In this document: piece by piece, positions 59,251 through 64,000 of the stretch
How positions within the stretch are numbered: position 1 is the stretch's first letter
Layout: each line of letters begins with the position of its first letter
Origin: Treponemataceae bacterium
GTDB taxonomy: Bacteria > Spirochaetota > Spirochaetia > Treponematales > Rectinemataceae
Assembly (NCBI GenBank): GCA_963678065.2
Contig: CAXXVZ010000002.1
Span: forward strand, 320,001-384,000
DNA: 64,000 nt
Reading direction: 5' to 3'
The notes under the pieces: model-generated
The model's database searches: none
Told to the model about the DNA's origin: nothing
The model's input: only the letters and a program-made list of their open reading frames with translations
Made by a program: the position numbers and the translations under genes

Positions 59251-60135
59251 TTACATGACAGTGAATATGAATCCGGCCGCTACGGCAGTCACAAACACGA
59301 TTCCTATGAAAACAATCACTAACCGCGCCTTGAAAATACTGGCGAGCATGCTCATCTCCGGTATGCTCATGCCGGCACCTCCGATAATGAGGGCGATGAC
59401 GGCTCCAAGACTCATTCCCTTTTGGGTCAGGGCGAGTGCGATGGGGATAACTGTCTCTGCCCGGACATACAATGGAATGCCAATAAGGGCAGCGACGGGA
59501 ATCGCCACAGGGTTCTGCGGACCGGCCAGACGAACAATGAAGTCGCCGGGGAGGTAGCCATAAATCGCTGCACCAATGGCCACACCGATAAGAAGGAATA
59601 CAAGTAAACTCAAAAAATCATCCCATGCTCCTTTGAATGCATGGCGGAGTTTCTTTGTGAACGTTGGAAGTTTTTCTTTTTCCTGTGCACCGCCGCTGAT
59701 TCGGACATTCTTTACATCTTTTGCTAATCCAAATTTTTCCAGTACGACCCCACAGATCATGGCGGCAATAAACGTCACCGAGCCATACACGACACAGGCT
59801 TTCGAGCCCAAGAGGACCCAGAACATTGTTAGGATGATTGGGTTCAAAAGCGGTGATGCGAGCACGAATGACATGGTCGCACCAAATGGAACTCCGGCCC
59901 GTAAGAGACCGACTGTCATCGGTATGGTGGAACAGGAACAGAAGGGTGTGACAGCGCCCAGCGCCGCACCCAGAAAATTTCCTAGAAGACCTCGTCTCGA
60001 AAGCCACTGCCAGAGCGTCTCATCCGATACATACTGCAATGCCAGACCTACCAGCGTGGAGATACCCAAGAACAGTACTGTCAATTCAGTCAGGATCAGG
60101 CCAAAAAACTTGACCGAAATCCACAGCGAATTCAT
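59251..60135 (-). CDS. DUF318/ArsP family permease
   Basis: TPFCSCSTIP, ASPLLNP, GIPLYVRAE, GAGMSIPE. Confidence 0.92.
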   Translation of the reverse strand: MNSLWISVKFFGLILTELTVLFLGISTLVGLALQYVSDETLWQWLSRRGLLGNFLGAALGAVTPFCSCSTIPMTVGLLRAGVPFGATMSFVLASPLLNPIILTMFWVLLGSKACVVYGSVTFIAAMICGVVLEKFGLAKDVKNVRISGGAQEKEKLPTFTKKLRHAFKGAWDDFLSLLVFLLIGVAIGAAIYGYLPGDFIVRLAGPQNPVAIPVAALIGIPLYVRAETVIPIALALTQKGMSLGAVIALIIGGAGMSIPEMSMLASIFKARLVIVFIGIVFVTAVAAGFIFTVM

Positions 60136-60491
60136 GGAACCTCCTCGTTTCCGACGGCCCGGTTAATGCAACAAAGTCCCGCCTTCCATATTTCCTGACC
60201 TGCCTGGAATGCCTCCTGCCCCTTAGGTGTCAGGGCATAAACCTTGCGGGTTCGGCCATTGACGAGTTCCGGCTGGCAGGTGACACAGCCGCACTCCTGA
60301 AATTCCCGCAGTACCGGATAGATTGTTCCCTGGGTAGGCACGCAGAAACTGTCTGTCAGCTTGTCTACGCGGCGAATGATCTCGTACCCATGGGTTGGTC
60401 CGTCGCACAGCGCCCAAAGTATGAAAAACTTGCACAAACTGGCATTAAGGATGTCATTCCAATAGCTGTGCGATGTATAGTTTATTGCCAT
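60132..60491 (-). CDS. Cys-rich PadR family regulator
   Basis: HGYEII, GTIYPVL, RKVYALT.KG; eight Cys residues. Confidence 0.9.
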   Translation of the reverse strand: MAINYTSHSYWNDILNASLCKFFILWALCDGPTHGYEIIRRVDKLTDSFCVPTQGTIYPVLREFQECGCVTCQPELVNGRTRKVYALTPKGQEAFQAGQEIWKAGLCCINRAVGNEEVP

Positions 60492-60495
60492 GACT

Positions 60496-60541
60496 TATAC
60501 CTTGATGATCTAGGTATACATTGCTTTTCTGCTACTGTCAA
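60496..60541 (-). promoter_or_regulatory. padR promoter and palindromic operator
   Basis: TATACCT-N9-AGGTATA (60496-60518); minus-strand TTGACA (60541-60536), 17 bp, TATACC. Confidence 0.7.
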
Positions 60542-60585
60542 TTTTTTTATCCACTCTTTGTACAGTTCATTCCTGCGCGAACTGC

Positions 60586-60625
60586 TTGACTCATTGAGTG
60601 ATTAATTATATCGTTGATTAACGAT
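60586..60625 (+). promoter_or_regulatory. arsR promoter with ATCGT-N6-ACGAT operator overlapping the start codon
   Basis: TTGACT (60586-60591), 17 bp, TATCGT; ATCGTTGATTAACGAT at 60610-60625. Confidence 0.72.
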
Positions 60626-60965
60626 GAAAGAAAATACTGACGATTCATGTTTCTCATGTCTGAATTCCGCACCTGATCTCCGTCCCATCGAGGGATCGGA
60701 AGCCGATGAAGAACTTGCATCATATTCAAAAGCGATCGGACACTCCGCGCGCGTTCAGATACTGCGCCTTCTGGCTCGCACGAACTCATGTATCTGTGGC
60801 GACATTGTCGATAAATTGCCATTTGCCCAATCAACTGTTTCTCAGCACCTGAAGATTCTGAAAGAAACCGGACTGATTATCGGCGAAGTCGATGGACCGC
60901 GAGTCAATTATTGCATCAACCCGCACACACTCCGGCGCTTGAAGGCGCTTATCGGAGGACTGTAA
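60624..60965 (+). CDS. arsR: arsenic-responsive ArsR repressor
   Basis: [27 protein letters not shown]; heads arsD-arsA. Confidence 0.9.
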   Translation: MKENTDDSCFSCLNSAPDLRPIEGSEADEELASYSKAIGHSARVQILRLLARTNSCICGDIVDKLPFAQSTVSQHLKILKETGLIIGEVDGPRVNYCINPHTLRRLKALIGGL

Positions 60966-60980
60966 CAGAGTTCATGTATC

Positions 60981-61003
60981 ATTATATCGTCGAAAAACGA
61001 TAT
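60981..61003 (+). promoter_or_regulatory. second ATCGT-N6-ACGAT operator upstream of arsD
   Basis: ATTATATCGT-CGAAAA-ACGATAT; same left flank as the site at 60605-60625. Confidence 0.72.
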
Positions 61004-61018
61004 CTATAGGAGGATTTC

Positions 61019-61411
61019 ATGACTGCAATCCAGGTATTCGATCCTGCAATGTGTTGTTCCACCGGTATCTGCGGACCCTCCGTGGATCCGAAGCTTGTGC
61101 GCTTTGCCGCCGATCTTGATTGGGTGAAGGGCCAGGGAATATCCGTAGTCCGCTACAATCTTTCGCAGCAGCCCGGAGCGTTCACAGAGGATGTCGCGGT
61201 CAAGGTTGCCCTTCAGGCGCAAGGAGAGAAGGCTTTGCCGATCGTAAAGGTGAACGACGAAATCAAATGCAGCGGTTCGTATCCATCTCGCGTTGAACTC
61301 GCCGCCTGGGTTGGCATCGAAGCCCGGGCTGTACGGTTTACCCCCGTAGTTTGCTGTGATCCTTCGGCGAAGGAAGGAGATCCTTCTACAAAACGCGGAA
61401 AGTGCTGCTGA
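61019..61411 (+). CDS. arsD: arsenite metallochaperone ArsD
   Basis: FDPAMCCSTGICGP, RYNL.QQP, YPSR.EL, terminal CC; AGGAGG SD. Confidence 0.95.
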   Translation: MTAIQVFDPAMCCSTGICGPSVDPKLVRFAADLDWVKGQGISVVRYNLSQQPGAFTEDVAVKVALQAQGEKALPIVKVNDEIKCSGSYPSRVELAAWVGIEARAVRFTPVVCCDPSAKEGDPSTKRGKCC

Positions 61412-61424
61412 ATTGGAGATATGC

Positions 61425-63128
61425 ATGTCATTACTTTCAGGTAATTCCACACGAATCTTTTTTTTCACCGGCAAGGGAGGCGTGGGGAAAACCTCAGCCG
61501 CCTGTGCCACGGCCATTGCCTTCGCGGATGCCGGCAAACAGGTGCTCCTTGTCTCGACCGATCCGGCGTCGAATCTCGACGAAGTCCTCGGCACGAGTCT
61601 GGAATCGAAGCCGAAAGCCATTCCCTCTGTGCCCGGTCTTTTTGCGCTCAACATAGACCCTGAAAAGGCGGCTCATGCGTATCGGGAGCGTGTTGTCGCT
61701 CCATACCGTGGCATTCTGCCTGATGCCGCCGTGGCGAGCATCGAGGAACAGCTCTCCGGTGCCTGTACGATGGAGATCGCCGCCTTTGATGAGTTTTCCA
61801 AACTTCTTGGCGATGCCGACGCCACCGGGGAATTCGACCACGTTATTTTTGATACCGCTCCGACCGGTCATACCCTAAGGCTTCTGGAACTGCCGGCTGC
61901 CTGGTCCGCCTTTATAGAAACCAATGTCGGCGGCACCTCCTGTCTCGGTCCATTGTCGGGGCTAAAAGCCCAGCAGGCGCTCTACGCGGCGTCGAATGCC
62001 GCCTTGCGGGATCCTGGGCAAACCACGCTGGTCCTGGTGGTCCGCCCCGATCGCCCCTCCCTCACCGAGGCAGAACGTACACGGAATGAATTGGCTCAGC
62101 TTGGCATCAGAAACCTGCAGCTCATCATTAACGGCATCTTCCATGCAGCCGGCAACGATGATGCAGTCGCGAGCGAGCTGGAATCCCGCGGTCTCGCCGC
62201 AATCGGCGCCATGCCCTCAGGACTCGCCATTTTGCCCCACGTCGACATTGCGCTGCTGCCGTTCGGGCTTGTCGGAATCGACGCACTCAGGAAGATGGGA
62301 TCGAAGGATGTCGTACAGACAACGCCTGTTCCTGCACCGGAACAGACTTTAAAAGGAGAGAGCCTGGATTCTCTCGTGGCGCAGATCACCTCGCGCGGGA
62401 AAGGTGTGGTGATGACGATGGGCAAGGGCGGTGTCGGTAAAACAACTATCGCCGCACGCATTGCAATGAAGCTCGCGCATGCGGGATATCAGGTGACATT
62501 GACGACGACAGATCCCGCCGCCCATGTCGAAGCAGCTGTTCTCGAGCGGCTGCCAAACTTGTTAATTACTCGGATCGACCCCGCGCTGGAGACACGCCGC
62601 TATTCGGAGGAAGTCCTTGCGACTGCGGGAGAGGGACTCGATGCCCAGGGCCGGGCTCTTCTCGAAGAAGACTTGCGATCTCCCTGTACCGAGGAAATCG
62701 CCGTATTCCGGGCTTTTGCTGAGACGGTAGCCGGCGGCGAAGACCGGTTTGTCATCATCGACACAGCGCCTACCGGACATACGCTACTCCTGCTCGACGC
62801 GGCGGAGGCGTATCACCGCGAGGTGCTCCGCAAGGCGGGAGGCAGCCCCGAAGCTGTGCAACGGCTTCTGCCGAGATTGCGCGACCCGAATTACACGCAG
62901 ATCCTGCTCATCACCTTGCCGGAAGCGACTCCAATCCACGAAGCGATGCAACTCGAACGGGACCTTGCGCGCGCCGGCATCAAACCCTTTGCCTGGGTGA
63001 TCAACCAAAGCCTGACTCCCCTCGCGGTACGAGATCCGGTGCTTCGCTCCCGCCGCGCCGGGGAAGCCATATATATAGAAGAGATTGTGGGGCATGCCGG
63101 GCGCATCATTCTGGAGCCGTGGAGATGA
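61425..63128 (+). CDS. arsA: arsenical pump-driving ATPase ArsA (two NBDs)
   Basis: Two GKGGVGKT and two DTAPTGH; As-binding Cys in SGACT, SCLGP, SPCTEE. Confidence 0.96.
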   Translation: MSLLSGNSTRIFFFTGKGGVGKTSAACATAIAFADAGKQVLLVSTDPASNLDEVLGTSLESKPKAIPSVPGLFALNIDPEKAAHAYRERVVAPYRGILPDAAVASIEEQLSGACTMEIAAFDEFSKLLGDADATGEFDHVIFDTAPTGHTLRLLELPAAWSAFIETNVGGTSCLGPLSGLKAQQALYAASNAALRDPGQTTLVLVVRPDRPSLTEAERTRNELAQLGIRNLQLIINGIFHAAGNDDAVASELESRGLAAIGAMPSGLAILPHVDIALLPFGLVGIDALRKMGSKDVVQTTPVPAPEQTLKGESLDSLVAQITSRGKGVVMTMGKGGVGKTTIAARIAMKLAHAGYQVTLTTTDPAAHVEAAVLERLPNLLITRIDPALETRRYSEEVLATAGEGLDAQGRALLEEDLRSPCTEEIAVFRAFAETVAGGEDRFVIIDTAPTGHTLLLLDAAEAYHREVLRKAGGSPEAVQRLLPRLRDPNYTQILLITLPEATPIHEAMQLERDLARAGIKPFAWVINQSLTPLAVRDPVLRSRRAGEAIYIEEIVGHAGRIILEPWR

Positions 63129-63173
63129 GCTATGACCCCAGGTTTCATCAGGTGAGCTAAAAAACCGGAAATA

Positions 63174-63476
63174 TCAGAGGTCTTCCTTATCCTTGAGATC
63201 GGATTCGATGCATTCGATAAAATGGTTGATGCAGGTACAGTTGAGCTCATAGTCGCTGTGTTGGCCCCGGCGATGATTCCGGACAATCCCTGCCTTTTTC
63301 AGAACGGTGAGGTGCTTCGAGACTGTCGTGATGTCCACCCCAATGACCTGCGTGAGTTCGCTCACATCATAGGGACGGGCAGCAAGAAGCTCGACAATCA
63401 GAAGCCGTGAGGGATGGGCGAGGGATTTGAGGAGTCTGGCTCTGCGCTCGACTCGTTCCTTCTGTTCGGAATCCAT
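63174..63476 (-). CDS. ArsR/SmtB family regulator
   Basis: KSLAHPSRL, TVSKHL.VLK.AG; C-terminal CTC..F..C; AAGGAG SD. Confidence 0.88.
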   Translation of the reverse strand: MDSEQKERVERRARLLKSLAHPSRLLIVELLAARPYDVSELTQVIGVDITTVSKHLTVLKKAGIVRNHRRGQHSDYELNCTCINHFIECIESDLKDKEDL

Positions 63477-63498
63477 TCCAACGCTCCTTGTATAAATA

Positions 63499-63553
63499 AT
63501 TATTGGCAAAAAGACCAATAATGCTTGACATATTTGGCTGACTTGCCAATAAT
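63499..63553 (+). promoter_or_regulatory. acr3 promoter with two TTGG-N8-CCAATAAT operators
   Basis: ATTATTGG-N8-CCAATAAT (63499-63522) and TTGG-N8-CCAATAAT (63534-63553); TTGACA (63525-63530), 17 bp, AATAAT. Confidence 0.78.
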
Positions 63554-63605
63554 TTACGTCGTTCTGCAAACCCTGTCAATATGACAGGAATTCCGTGGAG
63601 GTTGT

Positions 63606-64000
63606 ATGAAAGACGAATCGACTGCCTCGATCGGTTTTTTCCAGAAGTACCTGTCGTTATGGGTTGCGCTGTGCATCGCTGCCGGAGTCGCGATCGGCTA
63701 CTTCATCCCCGGGATTCCCGCCTTCCTCGGACAATTCGAATATGCCAGGGTTTCGGTCCCCGTCGCCATCCTCATCTGGCTCATGATTTACCCGATGATG
63801 CTCAAGGTCGATTTCGCGAGCATCAAGAACGCAGGCAAGAATCCGAAGGGACTCATCATCACCCTCGTCGTGAATTGGCTCATCAAACCATTTACCATGT
63901 ATCTCATCGCATGGTTCTTCCTCAAGGTAGTATTCAAGGCACTCATTCCCGAATCCACCGCCACCGAATACATAGCGGGCGCGGTATTGCTCGGTGCCGC
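63606..64000 (+). CDS. acr3: ACR3-family arsenite efflux transporter (5' part, runs off the window)
   Basis: Manual translation MKDESTASIGFFQKYLSLWV..AILIWLMIYPMMLKVDF..VNWLIKPFTM..YIAGAVLLGAA; GGAGG SD; absent from the ORF track. Confidence 0.93.
   Translation, partial: MKDESTASIGFFQKYLSLWVALCIAAGVAIGYFIPGIPAFLGQFEYARVSVPVAILIWLMIYPMMLKVDFASIKNAGKNPKGLIITLVVNWLIKPFTMYLIAWFFLKVVFKALIPESTATEYIAGAVLLGA

Noticed and set aside
50988..64000. Selenocysteine read-through in Cys-rich island genes
   Set aside because: The redox and metal motifs inspected are all encoded as Cys in open frames; no in-frame TGA at a motif position
47950..64000. Calling the island a defined mobile element
   Set aside because: Mosaic appearance, but no integrase, transposase, att site or terminal repeat seen in the window
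1..64000. CRISPR array, tRNA, rRNA
   Set aside because: Nearly all sequence is protein-coding; no spaced repeats or structural RNA signatures seen

Overview
GC-rich bacterial chromosomal segment, probably from an anaerobic diderm such as a spirochaete (inferred from gene content, not proven). No rRNA, tRNA, CRISPR array, transposase or integrase was recognised. In order: (1) 0.2-8.7 kb, a peptide-scavenging block with a signal-peptide-bearing M20 amidohydrolase, an eroded DUF2087 gene, a dpp/opp ABC operon whose first permease has a 1-nt frameshift, and an M55 D-aminopeptidase. (2) 8.7-13.7 kb, a membrane-anchored Hanks-type pseudokinase, a divergent M30-like Zn-peptidase lipoprotein and an MFS transporter. 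(3) 13.7-25.5 kb, an AraC-linked carbohydrate operon joining a GH29 fucosidase, a GHL6/GH151-like hydrolase and a sugar ABC importer to three divergent URO-D/MtaA-fold genes. (4) 25.6-29.6 kb, a SNF2 ATPase plus a SWIM-zinc-finger/XRE-HTH fusion. (5) 29.8-33.9 kb, cstA, a small hydrophobic protein, a Get3/ArsA-like ATPase, a membrane protein and a DUF59-like protein. (6) 34-44 kb, a six-gene two-component cluster with no output domain. (7) 44.3-50.5 kb, an AEC transporter, a POTRA-less Omp85-like barrel, ackA and a type IIIA H+ P-type ATPase. (8) 50.6-64 kb, a mosaic metal(loid)/thiol-redox island with three ArsR regulators and one Cys-rich PadR, each with a visible candidate operator, four DUF318/ArsP permease genes, Trx/CcdA/ferredoxin/CDF, a truncated TauE, ggt, arsR-arsD-arsA and the start of acr3. 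The best candidates for an undescribed system are the fucosidase/URO-D operon and the cstA/Get3-like operon. All family calls come from motif recognition by eye; no database search was run.
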